NCBI GenBank assembly: GCA_963805625.1
Contig: CAWDVE010000019.1
Location: forward strand, 480,001-544,000
Direction: 5' to 3'
DNA from: an uncultured Candidatus Rokubacteria bacterium
GTDB taxonomy: Bacteria > Methylomirabilota > Methylomirabilia > Rokubacteriales > DASRDR01
Length of the DNA: 64,000 bases
Shown here piece by piece: positions 18,861 through 28,630 of this stretch (position 1 is its first letter; each line of letters opens with the position of its first letter). The position numbers and the translations under genes are program-made. Below the pieces are notes generated by a model. That model saw only the letters and a list, made by a program, of their open reading frames with translations, had not been told where the DNA came from and did no database searches.

Positions 18861-18941
18861 CGTCGACATCGGCAACCTCTGGATGGCCCCAGACCGGCAT
18901 CCAGACGGGGATCCCGCGAAGATCGCCAACCCGACCATTGG
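18861..18941 (+). repeat. relic fragment of the family-1 binding-protein gene (copy of about 16505-16595)
   Basis: CGTCGACATCGGCAACCTCTGGATGGCCC(C)AGACCGGCATCCAGACGGGGATC is shared, followed by a more diverged continuation. Confidence 0.85.
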
Positions 18942-19144
18942 AGGGAGCTCGCCGCGTCGCGACTGTGCGCGACAGGAGATGTGGCCGCTCGGCAGTTGAC
19001 CGGGTTCCCCACCGGGCATACAGTCCAGACCACTTCACCTCCCTTGCGATCGACGCGGAGCCGGAGGTCTCCGCATCCGCCCCAGTTACCCTCTCCGACC
19101 GGTCCACGGTGCAGGTGAATCCGAAGTCACGCAGGAGGTGCCCC

Positions 19145-19741
19145 ATGCACGGAGTTCTCAGGCAGTACACGCTGGACGCCAAGAACGTCGCCGAGATCGT
19201 TCGTCGGGTTGCCGCCGGGGGTCTTCCCATCATCAAGGCCATTCCGGGCTTCGTGGCGTACGCGATCACGGACGCCGGCCACGGCCAGCTCGTGACGTAC
19301 AGCGTCTACGAGACCAAGGCGAGTGCGGAAGAATCGACCCGCAAGGCGGCGGCATGGGTGAAGGAGAACATCGCCTCGATGCTCCCGAATCCCCCGCGCG
19401 TGCTGGAAGGCGAGCTTCGACTGCGTGAGATCAAGGAGCCCCCGAAGTACGCGGTCATGCGGCGCTACGAGATCGACCCGAAGAACGTCGATACGATCGT
19501 CTCCCGCGCGAAGAGCGGATTCCTGCCGCTGGTCACGCACCTGCCGGGCTTCGCGAGCTACTCCATCCTCGACGCGGGGAAGGGCACGCTCGTGACCCTG
19601 AGTGGGTTCACGACATTCTCAGGCGCAGCCGAATCGACCAAGGCCGCCGCGACCTTCGTGAAGGAGCATCTCGCGTCGCTCGTTCCGAAGCCGCCCGAAG
19701 TGACAGCGGGCGAAGTCAAGCTCGTGGAGCGGGCTCGCTAG
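19145..19741 (+). CDS. hypothetical protein of two tandem ABM-like (dimeric alpha-beta barrel) domains
   Basis: The two halves align (R.Y.LD.KNV..IV.R...G.LP.....PGF..Y.I.DAG.G.LVT.S.....AEEST..AA..VKE..AS..P.PP.V..GE); AGGAGG upstream. Confidence 0.8.
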   Translation: MHGVLRQYTLDAKNVAEIVRRVAAGGLPIIKAIPGFVAYAITDAGHGQLVTYSVYETKASAEESTRKAAAWVKENIASMLPNPPRVLEGELRLREIKEPPKYAVMRRYEIDPKNVDTIVSRAKSGFLPLVTHLPGFASYSILDAGKGTLVTLSGFTTFSGAAESTKAAATFVKEHLASLVPKPPEVTAGEVKLVERAR

Positions 19742-19789
19742 CGACGGCGATGACGGGAGCCAGACGCGACGCCTCGTCGCGCTAGGCAA

Positions 19790-19819
19790 CGAGGCGCCAG
19801 GGAATGTCCTGGCGCCTCG
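19790..19819. terminator. hairpin between convergent genes
   Basis: CGAGGCGCCAGG-GAATGT-CCTGGCGCCTCG. Confidence 0.55.
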
Positions 19820-19883
19820 CTCGCGGCGTGGAACGGGACGGCCGGCCGCGCCTCCCGAGCCTTCGGTGGGTGGGCGGAGCCAG

Positions 19884-20909
19884 TCACTGAATGAGACGAT
19901 CCGCCCGCTGTAGCAGCGATTGCGGGATCGTCAGGCCGAGCATCTTCGCCGTCTTGAGGTTGATCAGCAGCTGTTATTTGCCCGGCTGCTCGATGGGGAT
20001 ATTTCCGGGGTGTGCTCCCTTGAGAACCTTGTCGAGGTAGCTGGCCACCCGCCGGTATTGCTCGCCTTGATCAGCCCAATAGGACATCAGGCCTCCGGCC
20101 TCGACGTACCCCAGCGGACTGCCCATCAGGGGAAGGCGGTGCTTGACCGCAAGGTCGGCCAGCCGCCGTCGATGCGTGAACAGCATCGGGTCCGCCAGGG
20201 CAAGAACGGCCGTAGCGCGCTCCCGGCTCATGGTCTGGAACGCGCTGTCGAGCTCCGTGGGACCTCGCACCTCCAGGATCTGAAGCTGCACCCCAAGCGA
20301 CCGGTGGCCGTCGCGCAGACCGTTCAGGGCGAGCGGATGCCACGGGTTGTCCGGATTCGACAACACGGCGATCCGCGAGGCTCGGGGAACCACCTCCCGC
20401 AGGAGCTCGAGCTGCTTGATGCTCAGATCGATGCTCAGCGAGGTCACGCCGGTGATGTTCCCTCCGGGGCGAGCAAGGCTGGCAACGAGACCCAGTTGAA
20501 CAGGATCCGGACTGTTCACCATGATGATCGGAATCGTGGACGTCGCCCGCTGGGCGGCAAGGACGGCGCCGGGATACGTCGCGACAATCGCGTCGGCCTT
20601 GAGCCTCGCCAGCTCGACTGCGAACTCGTCGGTCCGCTCGGGTTGCCCCTCGGTCTCTCGAAGATCCAGGATCAGATTCCGGCCTTCGACGTATCCAAGG
20701 TCGCCCAGGCTCGAACGCAAGGTCTCGGGAAACGCCCCGGCAAAGCTCCCCGTCAGAATCCCTATCCGGTACATCTTCACCGACGGTTGCGCGTCCGCCG
20801 TCCACGGGCTGGCGAGCAGACCTAGGATGATGGCTGCGGCCGAGCCAATGGCGATGACGCGCGGGACCTGCTGCACGATGCGGTTCTTCTCGACGTCCGT
20901 GTCTACCAT
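19884..20909 (-). pseudogene. ABC transporter substrate-binding protein (ABC_sub_bind type) with internal TAA at 19974-19976
   Basis: LGYVEGRNL, DPVQLGLVASLARPGGNITG, AGGLMSY. The conserved tail EQPGK*QLLINLKTAKMLGLTIPQSLLQRADRLIQ reads on to TGA at 19884. Confidence 0.88.
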
Positions 20910-21016
20910 CCCTCGCGATGAACGACGGTCAACGGCGCGCCGCCGGCTCCGGGACCCCGTGGGCCAAGCGGCGAGCGTCGCCGCGGTGTCAATCGCTACC
21001 GAGTCGAAAGGACGAC

Positions 21017-21949
21017 TCAGGAGCCCTTCTGGGACTCGAGCGTCTCCTTCTGCGCGTAGTACTTAGCCTGGGCCACGATGTCGACCCCCACGGTCTCGCT
21101 CCACGCCTGGAGAAGGCGGTGCACCGTCGGACCGGGCTTGCCGTCGCCGATCGGGCGGCGGTCGACGCGGGTCACCGGGAGGACGCACGGGCTCGTGCTC
21201 GTGAAGAACGCCTCGTCGGCCGTGTAGAGGTCGTAGGGCTGGAGGTCCTCCTCGGAGACGGGGATGCCGAGCTCCTTCGCGAGGTCGAACACGGTGCCGC
21301 GGGAGACGCCCTGGAGCACGCTCCGGTCGCCCGCTGTCTTGATGACGCCGTCCGTGACCAGGAAGAGGTTGTACCCCACGCCCTCCGTGAGGTTGCCCCG
21401 GCTGTCCAGCAGGATCGGCCAGCCCTCGGGGTCGACGTCGGAGGCCTCGAGCTCGGCCAGGTTGAAGTTCATCCGGCTGAAGTTCTTGACCTTCGGGTCG
21501 AGGGCGTCCGGGTTGAAGCTCCGCGTCCGTACGACGACGCCGTGGGCGCCCGTGTCGTAGAGGTTCGCGTACCGGACGAAGCCCATCTGGCGGGTGCAGA
21601 TGCCGACGGCCGGCGGGCCGGCCTTGTGCGCCCAGCGGCCCCGGCCTCGCGTGACGAACTGCCAGAGCTGGTAGTCGCCGACATCGGCGCGGAGGTGCTC
21701 GTTGCGCGAGATGACCTCCTCGCTGATGCGCTCGAGCTCGCCCGGGGACAGCCGCGGGTCGATGCGCACGTACTTCAGCGACCGGTACAGGCGGTCGACG
21801 TGCTCCCGCATCCGGAAGCTCTTGCCGTTGAACGTCCGGGCGACGTCGAAGACGCAGTCGCCGACCAGGAAGCCCCGATCGAGAGGATCGATCTTCACCT
21901 GGCTGAACGGCACGAACTCCCCGTTGAAGTACGCCACGTAGTCGGCCAT
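21017..21949 (-). CDS. class IV aminotransferase (branched-chain/D-amino acid transaminase-like)
   Basis: YFNGEFVP, DRGFLVGD, HVDRLYRS, DPKVK, TEGVGYNLF, LQGVSR, ADEAFFTST. Confidence 0.92.
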   Translation of the reverse strand: MADYVAYFNGEFVPFSQVKIDPLDRGFLVGDCVFDVARTFNGKSFRMREHVDRLYRSLKYVRIDPRLSPGELERISEEVISRNEHLRADVGDYQLWQFVTRGRGRWAHKAGPPAVGICTRQMGFVRYANLYDTGAHGVVVRTRSFNPDALDPKVKNFSRMNFNLAELEASDVDPEGWPILLDSRGNLTEGVGYNLFLVTDGVIKTAGDRSVLQGVSRGTVFDLAKELGIPVSEEDLQPYDLYTADEAFFTSTSPCVLPVTRVDRRPIGDGKPGPTVHRLLQAWSETVGVDIVAQAKYYAQKETLESQKGS

Positions 21950-22131
21950 GCTTCCTCCTCGCCGGCGCTCCGATCCGGCCTTGCGTGTATGAGTGCGTCC
22001 GACGCGGGGATTGTACCCGCCTTCTGCGGTCGGGGAAAGCGTGCTAGCCTCTCCCTCGCTCGCTGCCGCGGCGGGCGACGGTTCGCGGGGGAGCGAAGGG
22101 TGTCACACCCGTTGGCAGGAGACCTGGCGGA

Positions 22132-23262
22132 ATGACCGGGCGTCGGATCCGAGTCGGCCTGATCGGAACGGGCCGCATCGCCGGCTTCGTCCACGTTCCG
22201 AGCCTGCGCCTGCTCCCGGAGCTCTGCGAGGTGACGGCGGTCGCCTCCCGGGACGCGGTGAAAGCGAAGGCCTTCGCCGAGCAGTGGGGCATTCCCCGGG
22301 TACACGACACCTGGGAGGCGCTCGTCGGCGATCCTGAGCTCGACGCCATCGTCGCCTGCCCGCCGAGCGATCTCAACGGATCCGTGGCCGGAGCGGCGCT
22401 CGCCGCCGGCAAGCACGTCCTCTGCGAGAAGCCGCTAGCATTGACCGCTCCCGAGGCCCGATCGCTGGCGCTCGCCGCCGACCGCAACCCCGGGCGGGTC
22501 CACATGGTCGCCTTCACATTCCGGTTCGCGGCGGCGCTGCGTTACCTGAAGCGGCTCGTCGACGAGGGGCACTTCGGCGAGATTCGGCACTGGCGCATGT
22601 CCTACTTCAACGACGGCCAGCTCGACCCTTCGCTCCCCTTCGGCTGGCGCCATCTGCGGGCGCGCGGTGGCTCGGGCGTGATCGCCGACATGGGCTCCCA
22701 CATGATCGACGCCGCGCGCTACCTCCTCGGCGAGATCGTCGCGGTCAGCGCCGTGAATCGCACCTACGTCGCCGAGCGCGCGATTCCCGGCGGGGGCCAC
22801 GGCCGGGTGGAGACGCCCGAAGCGTCGGCGTGGGTCGCGGAGTTCGCCAGCGGGGTCATCGGGACGTTCGACGTCAGCCGCGGGGTGGCGGGACGGGGCG
22901 GCACCGGCCGGCCCCAGTATCAGGGCGTCGAGATCCACGGCACCGGCGGCGCGGCGCTCTACGAGCTGATCCACCCCTTCCAGCTCCAGATGAGCCTCGG
23001 GCCGGCGATGGTCCGGCGGCAGCACTGGGCGACCGTCGAGGTGCCGCCCGAGCTCGCGGTCTATCCGGGCTCGCCGCGCAACCCGCGCGCCGACGATCCG
23101 CTCCTCGGCTACAAGTACGATCAGGGCGTCGCCTTCGTCCGCGCGGTCCGCGGCGAGACGACGGACTACCCGACCTTCCGTGACGGCGCCGCGGTGCAGA
23201 GCGTGGTCGACGCTGTCGACCTCTCGGCGCGGGAGCGGCGCTGGATCGTGGTCGCTCCGTGA
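22132..23262 (+). CDS. Gfo/Idh/MocA family oxidoreductase
   Basis: RVGLIGTG, GKHVLCEKP, GGSGVIADMGSHMID. Confidence 0.93.
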   Translation: MTGRRIRVGLIGTGRIAGFVHVPSLRLLPELCEVTAVASRDAVKAKAFAEQWGIPRVHDTWEALVGDPELDAIVACPPSDLNGSVAGAALAAGKHVLCEKPLALTAPEARSLALAADRNPGRVHMVAFTFRFAAALRYLKRLVDEGHFGEIRHWRMSYFNDGQLDPSLPFGWRHLRARGGSGVIADMGSHMIDAARYLLGEIVAVSAVNRTYVAERAIPGGGHGRVETPEASAWVAEFASGVIGTFDVSRGVAGRGGTGRPQYQGVEIHGTGGAALYELIHPFQLQMSLGPAMVRRQHWATVEVPPELAVYPGSPRNPRADDPLLGYKYDQGVAFVRAVRGETTDYPTFRDGAAVQSVVDAVDLSARERRWIVVAP

Positions 23263-23326
23263 CTGACACCTCCGGCTCGTTGACCGGCGCACCTACCATT
23301 CACTCCGCGTGCAGAGGAGATCCGAG

Positions 23327-24943
23327 ATGATGTGCTCGGCGTCGGCCCTTCGCAGTCTTGCCATCACCCTGATCGTGGCGTTGGTCGTGCTCGCGGCGGG
23401 TCCCGCCGGCCCGATGCCGGCGGCCGCGGCCGGGAAGACCACCCTCGTTTTAGGGGTCGACATTAGCGACGCTCGCACGTTCGACCCCGCCCGCCAGTTC
23501 GAGTACTCGCCGCCGATCACAATGAAGGCGGCGTACGAGACGCTAGTGACCGTGAGCCCAGGCGACTACGGCACCCTCAAGCCCCTCCTCGCCGAGACCT
23601 GGAAGCTCGTAGAGGGCGGCAAGGCATGGGAGTTCAAGCTCAAGAAGGGCGTGAAGTTCGCGAGCGGCAATTCGCTCACGGCGGAGGACGTAAAGTTCTC
23701 CTTCGAGCGCCTAGCCAACCTGAAGGACCAGCCCGCCGACATGGCCGAGAACCTCGGCCCCATCGAGGTCGTGGATGCGCAGACTGTCAGAATCGCGATG
23801 GCGGACAAGAACCAGCCCCTCCTGACGTTCCTCTCCTCCGTGACGTATGCCGTCTACGACTCGAAGACGGTCATCGCGCAGGGCGGCACCAGCGGTAAGG
23901 ACGCCGAGAAGGCGGACAAGGCCACGACCTGGCTCGATACCCACTCGGCCGGGACCGGTCCGTACGTGCTCACTGGCTGGACCCGCAACCAGGAGGTCGT
24001 CCTCGAACGGAACAAGAACTACTGGCGCGCCCCGGCGGCGTTCGAGAAGGTCGTGCTGCGGCACATCGCCGACGGCGCCGCGCAGGTGCTGGCCGTCCGC
24101 CGCGGGGACATTGACGCCGCCCTGAACCTGTCGCCGGACCAGCTCGATTCGCTTGCCAAGGACGCGAATATCAAGGTCGTCTCCGCTCCGAGCCTCGATT
24201 ACGTCTACATGACGCTCACCAACAGCGCGGACCTGAACGCGACGCTCGCTAAGAAGCCGGCCCGCCAGGCGGTGGTGGCCGCCATCGACTACGACGGGAT
24301 CATCAAGGGCCTCATGGGCGGACATGCGATCCGGCCGGCGACGTTCATCCCGGTCGGCCTGGGCGGTTCCACCGAGGCGCTCACGAAGGAGATCGGGTAC
24401 CGACAGGACCTCGCCAAAGCCAAGAAGCTCCTCGCCGAGGCGGGCGCGCCGAACGGCTTCTCGTTCAAGCTCTCATACGGCAAGGCCTCCATCGCGGGGA
24501 CCGCGTACGACCTCGTCGCCCAGAAGATCCAGTCGGACCTCGCGCGGGTAGGGATCAAGGCAGAGCTGGACCTGATGGACCAGGCGACGCTCCGGACGGC
24601 GTACAAAGAGGGGAAGACGCAGTCGGTGCTGAGCTTCTGGAACCCCGACGCCATGGAGCCGTATCTCTGGGCCCAGCCGTCGATCGGCCGCGTCTCCAAG
24701 CGCGTCAACTGGACGCCGCCCAAGGACATCGTGGACCTGGTGAACCGGGCCGGTGGGGAGCCCGATCCGAAGAAGGCTGCCGGCCTCTATCGCGAGTTCC
24801 AGAAGATGCTGATCGACCAGGCGAACTACATCATGCTGATTCAGCCCGTCTACCGGGTCGCCACGACCAAGGCGATCACGAACTACCAGCTGACCGCCGC
24901 GGGGTGGCAGGTGGATCTCTACGACATCAAGCCCGCGAAGTGA
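23327..24943 (+). CDS. ABC transporter substrate-binding protein, family 5
   Basis: Signal peptide, TFDPA, LKKGVKFASG, AGTGPY; GAGGAG upstream. Confidence 0.93.
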   Translation: MMCSASALRSLAITLIVALVVLAAGPAGPMPAAAAGKTTLVLGVDISDARTFDPARQFEYSPPITMKAAYETLVTVSPGDYGTLKPLLAETWKLVEGGKAWEFKLKKGVKFASGNSLTAEDVKFSFERLANLKDQPADMAENLGPIEVVDAQTVRIAMADKNQPLLTFLSSVTYAVYDSKTVIAQGGTSGKDAEKADKATTWLDTHSAGTGPYVLTGWTRNQEVVLERNKNYWRAPAAFEKVVLRHIADGAAQVLAVRRGDIDAALNLSPDQLDSLAKDANIKVVSAPSLDYVYMTLTNSADLNATLAKKPARQAVVAAIDYDGIIKGLMGGHAIRPATFIPVGLGGSTEALTKEIGYRQDLAKAKKLLAEAGAPNGFSFKLSYGKASIAGTAYDLVAQKIQSDLARVGIKAELDLMDQATLRTAYKEGKTQSVLSFWNPDAMEPYLWAQPSIGRVSKRVNWTPPKDIVDLVNRAGGEPDPKKAAGLYREFQKMLIDQANYIMLIQPVYRVATTKAITNYQLTAAGWQVDLYDIKPAK

Positions 24944-25035
24944 GCCGCGTGGCCGGCATGGGCTCCCCGAAGCGTCGGGAGGGTGGGGGAGAGTGGCGTC
25001 GCTGCTCTCCGCTACGACACCCACCCGTGTAGCGG

Positions 25036-26052
25036 ATGGGGCTCCGCTACGTTCTCCTCAGGGTGGTCGCCTCGGCCGCGATGGCTGCGGCGGCCACCCT
25101 GGTCGTTTTCCTCGTCGCCCACAGCGTCCCGGCCGACCCCGTCCTCGCCCAGCTCGGGGACAAGCAGTCGTCCAACCCGGAGACCGTCGCCCGCTTCCGC
25201 GCGCGCTGGGGCCTGGACCGCCCACTGTACGTGCAGTACGGGATCTTCCTCGTCCGCCTCGCCCGCGGCGACCTCGGCGAGTCGATCGCGTCGCGCCGCC
25301 CGGTGCTCGACGACATCCGGCAGTACGTCCCGGCGACGATCGAGCTGGCGACGGTCGCCGGATTCCTCACCATCGCGATCGGCGTGCCGCTCGGCGTGGC
25401 CGCCGCCGTGCGGCGGGACGGGTGGGTCGACCACGTGGCCCGCATCCTCTGCCTGATCGGCGTGTCGGCGCCGACGTTCTGGCTGGCGTTCATCGTGCTG
25501 GCCCTCTTCTACGGCGGCCTCGAGATCGCGCCGTCGCCGGGCCGCCTCGACGTGGGGGCCAGCGCTCCGCCTCACGCGACCGGGATGTTCGTCGTCGACG
25601 GCATGCTGGCCGGAGACTGGGCGACGGTCCGGAACGCGCTCTCGCACCTGATCCTTCCGTCCGTGGTCCTGGCGGCCTCCACGCTCGGGATCGTCACCCG
25701 GACGACCCGCGCGGCCATGCTGGAGACGCTCGGTCAGGACTACGTGCGCACCGCCCGGGCCAAGGGCCTGGCGGAGCGCGGTATCGTGCGGCACCACGCG
25801 TTCCCGAACGCGCTCCTGCCGGTCCTGACCCTCGCCGGCCTTGCCTACGCGGAGCTCCTGGCGGGCACCGTCCTCACAGAGACGATCTTCTCCTGGCCCG
25901 GTTTGGGCCGGTACACGTACCAGAGCGCGCTGGCGATCGACTTTCCCGCGATCATGGGCGTCACCTTCCTGGTGGCGCTGATGTATCTGGGGATCAACCT
26001 GCTCGTGGACATCGCGTATCTCTTCGCGGACCCGCGGGTCGCCCGGCGATGA
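25036..26052 (+). CDS. ABC permease (DppB-like)
   Basis: VPADP, WGLDRP, DYVRTARAKGL, FSWPGLG, DPRV. Confidence 0.93.
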   Translation: MGLRYVLLRVVASAAMAAAATLVVFLVAHSVPADPVLAQLGDKQSSNPETVARFRARWGLDRPLYVQYGIFLVRLARGDLGESIASRRPVLDDIRQYVPATIELATVAGFLTIAIGVPLGVAAAVRRDGWVDHVARILCLIGVSAPTFWLAFIVLALFYGGLEIAPSPGRLDVGASAPPHATGMFVVDGMLAGDWATVRNALSHLILPSVVLAASTLGIVTRTTRAAMLETLGQDYVRTARAKGLAERGIVRHHAFPNALLPVLTLAGLAYAELLAGTVLTETIFSWPGLGRYTYQSALAIDFPAIMGVTFLVALMYLGINLLVDIAYLFADPRVARR

Positions 26053-26915
26053 GCACGCAGGCGCTTGCGGTGGCGGTCCTGCCGGCGCGCCCCGCCCGCC
26101 GGTGGGGCGGGCCGCGGACGATCGGCCTGCTGGGCGCCGCGATCATCGTTGCGTGGGGTGTCGTGGCCCTGCTGGCGCCCCATCTGGCCCCGCACTCGCC
26201 CCGTCAGGTCGACGTGCTCGCGCGGCTCAAGCCGCCCTCGGCGGAGCACCCCTTCGGGACGGACTCGCTCGGCCGGGACGTGCTCTCGCGGGTGCTCGTC
26301 GGCGCCCGCGTGTCGCTCCCGACGGGGCTGGTCGTGGTGCTCCTCGCTGCCGCCTTCGGCACCGTCTACGGTGGTGTCGCCGCGTACGCCGGCACTAAGG
26401 TGGAGGAGGTCCAGATGCGCGTCACGGACCTCTTCCTGTCGTTCCCGCCGCTGCTCCTGGCCATGGCCATCGCCGCCGCCCTCGGCAAGGGCGTGCTCAA
26501 CACCATCGTGGCGATGGCGGTGGTGTGGTGGCCGAAGTACGCGCGGCTCGCGCGGAGCCTGGTCCTCGTGCAGCGTTCCCTCGAGTACGTCGAGGCCGCC
26601 CGGGCGCTCGGGCAGGGGGCCGGCCGGACGCTGCTCCGCCACATCGTGCCCAACGCGATCGGCCCGATCGTGGCCCTGCTCGCCCTGGACGTGGGCAACG
26701 CCATGATCACGTTCGCGGGCCTGTCCTTCCTCGGGCTCGGCGTCGTCCCGCCGACGCCCGAGTGGGGGGCCATGGTGTCCGAGGGTCAGGTCCTCATCGA
26801 GCAGTGGTGGGTGTCGACCTTCCCCGGCCTGGCGATCTTCACGGTGGTCGTGGGGTTCAACTTCCTCGGCGACGCCATCCGGGACTGGCTCGACCCGCGC
26901 GGCACGCGCGGCTGA
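26049..26915 (+). CDS. ABC permease (DppC-like)
   Basis: ATGA overlap with the previous gene; HPFGTDSLGRD, EYVEAARALG, LSFLGLG, PEWG. Confidence 0.93.
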   Translation: MSTQALAVAVLPARPARRWGGPRTIGLLGAAIIVAWGVVALLAPHLAPHSPRQVDVLARLKPPSAEHPFGTDSLGRDVLSRVLVGARVSLPTGLVVVLLAAAFGTVYGGVAAYAGTKVEEVQMRVTDLFLSFPPLLLAMAIAAALGKGVLNTIVAMAVVWWPKYARLARSLVLVQRSLEYVEAARALGQGAGRTLLRHIVPNAIGPIVALLALDVGNAMITFAGLSFLGLGVVPPTPEWGAMVSEGQVLIEQWWVSTFPGLAIFTVVVGFNFLGDAIRDWLDPRGTRG

Positions 26916-27007
26916 GGGCGGATGAACCACTCACGCACGGCATCACACCGGTAGGGGCCATTACACTAGAAGGGGGAGCGCCGCCGCTCCCTCTACGAGG
27001 AGCGGGG

Positions 27008-28192
27008 ATGCGGGCGCAGGTCGTCGTGATCGGCGGGGGCGCGTTCGGTGTGAGCTGCTTCTACCACCTGACCGGCCGGGGCGTGCGGGACGTGGTGCTC
27101 CTCGAGCAGGCGACGCTCGGCTCGGGCTCGACGGGGCGATCCGCCGCGGTCGTCGAGACGCAGTACCTCGCCCCGGACCAGGTTGCCCTGTGCGCGTGGT
27201 CCATCCGGGTGTTCCAGTGGCTCGAGCGCGAGCACGCGCTCCCGTTCGTCCACCACGGGTATCTCCGGCTCGGCCATTCGGCGACGGACGTGGCCGGCTT
27301 CCACGAGAGCGTCGCCCTCCAGCGCGCGCATGGGCTCCACGACGCACGCGTGATCGAGCCCGGCGAGGTCGCGCGGATCGTACCGGCCCTTCGCGTGGAC
27401 GATCTGGCGGGCGCTCTGTGGGGCCCGTCGGACGGCTACGTCGACGCCGTGCGCTACTGCGAGCTGCTCTCTGCTCTCGGGCAGGCCGCGGGCGGTCGGG
27501 TGCTCCAGGGCCGGCGCGCCACCGGCCTCCGGCTCCGGGGCGGCCGCGTCACGGCCGTGGAATGCGACGGCGAGGCGATCGAGTGCGAGACGGCGGTCAA
27601 TGCCAGCGGCGCGTGGGCGCGCCGGCTCGGCGGCGCGCTCGGGCTGACGCTGCCCGTCGACGGCTATCGGCGCCAGCTGGTCCAGTTCGAGCCGGCCCGA
27701 CCCCTTGCGGCGCCCGTCCCGATGGTGATCGACTACGTGCCCGGCGTCGAGCGAGAGGGGCTCTACTTCCGGGACGACACGCCGACCCGCATCGTCGCCG
27801 GTCTCCACTGGGAGGTGCACGGAGACGCGGAACGCCCGCAGGACCCGGACGCCTTCCGCCAGTCGGTCGACTGGGACTACGCAGAGCGCGTCGCCGAGGC
27901 GCTTGCCGCGCGCTACCGGGGCGCCGCGGACTTCCGAGTGACCGGCGGGTGGGCAGGATTGTATCCGCTCACGCCCGACACGCGGCCAATCGTGGGGCCG
28001 ACGACCGGAGTCGACGGGCTCTACCAGGCACTCGGGGGCGGCGGCGTCGGGGTCCAGATCTCGCCCGCGGTCGGTGCGATGGTGGCGGAGCTGATCACGA
28101 CAGGCGAGACCAGGGTCATGCCGGACTGGGCCCGCTACCGCCTCGACCGCTTCGCGCCGGGCGCGGCGCCCGCGTCATCCCCGAGGTCCTGA
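27008..28192 (+). CDS. FAD-dependent amine oxidoreductase (DAO/sarcosine oxidase beta-like)
   Basis: VVVIGGGAFG, GSTGRSA, DGYVD, VNASGAW, WAGLYPLTPD. Confidence 0.9.
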   Translation: MRAQVVVIGGGAFGVSCFYHLTGRGVRDVVLLEQATLGSGSTGRSAAVVETQYLAPDQVALCAWSIRVFQWLEREHALPFVHHGYLRLGHSATDVAGFHESVALQRAHGLHDARVIEPGEVARIVPALRVDDLAGALWGPSDGYVDAVRYCELLSALGQAAGGRVLQGRRATGLRLRGGRVTAVECDGEAIECETAVNASGAWARRLGGALGLTLPVDGYRRQLVQFEPARPLAAPVPMVIDYVPGVEREGLYFRDDTPTRIVAGLHWEVHGDAERPQDPDAFRQSVDWDYAERVAEALAARYRGAADFRVTGGWAGLYPLTPDTRPIVGPTTGVDGLYQALGGGGVGVQISPAVGAMVAELITTGETRVMPDWARYRLDRFAPGAAPASSPRS

Positions 28193-28311
28193 GAGCGACC
28201 GGGACGGCAGAGCGCGGGGACGGGCCCGGCTCGCGTCCTGCCTCGACAGGATTGCGGGATCGGTTTATGCTGGCCGCCGGTAGCGCGGCAGCCGCCGCGG
28301 GAGGAGGGAGT

Positions 28312-28566
28312 ATGCTGCACCTTCTGGGTCAGGCGCTCTTCGGCCTCGTCGTCGGCGCGATCTCCAAGCTGATCTTCCCGGGTCAGGACCCGGGCGGGGT
28401 GATCGTCACGGCACTCCTCGGGCTGGTGGGGTCCATGATCGGGACCTTCGTCGGCCGCGCGCTATGGGGGGGAGCGGACTACTCCGCGGGCTGGATCACG
28501 TCCATCCTCGGGACCCTCGTGGTCCTGGCCATCTACCGGGCGGTGAAGAAACGCCAGGCGACGTAG
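28312..28566 (+). CDS. GlsB/YeaQ/YmgE family small membrane protein
   Basis: GLVVGAISKLIFPGQDPGG..LGLVGS..SILG; GGAGG upstream. Confidence 0.88.
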   Translation: MLHLLGQALFGLVVGAISKLIFPGQDPGGVIVTALLGLVGSMIGTFVGRALWGGADYSAGWITSILGTLVVLAIYRAVKKRQAT

Positions 28567-28630
28567 GGACGGGCCGCGTCGGGCAGGCCTGCGGCCGGGT
28601 CGGCGGGGGCCGTCCCCGGCCCGCCCGGGG

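Noticed and set aside
17272-19269. 665-aa ORF as one large protein
   Set aside because: Only the last 206 codons match DUF1326; the upstream part overlaps DUF2182 in another frame and is a high-GC open-frame artefact.
5744-19976. TAA reassigned to Tyr (both internal stops fall at aromatic positions)
   Set aside because: TAA ends the DHS-like (5595), SDR (12846), PhyH (14500) and M16 (53211) genes at normal positions; TAC/TAT to TAA needs only one substitution.
19920-20825. 301-aa plus-strand ORF
   Set aside because: Antisense shadow of the ABC binding-protein gene with no independent motifs.
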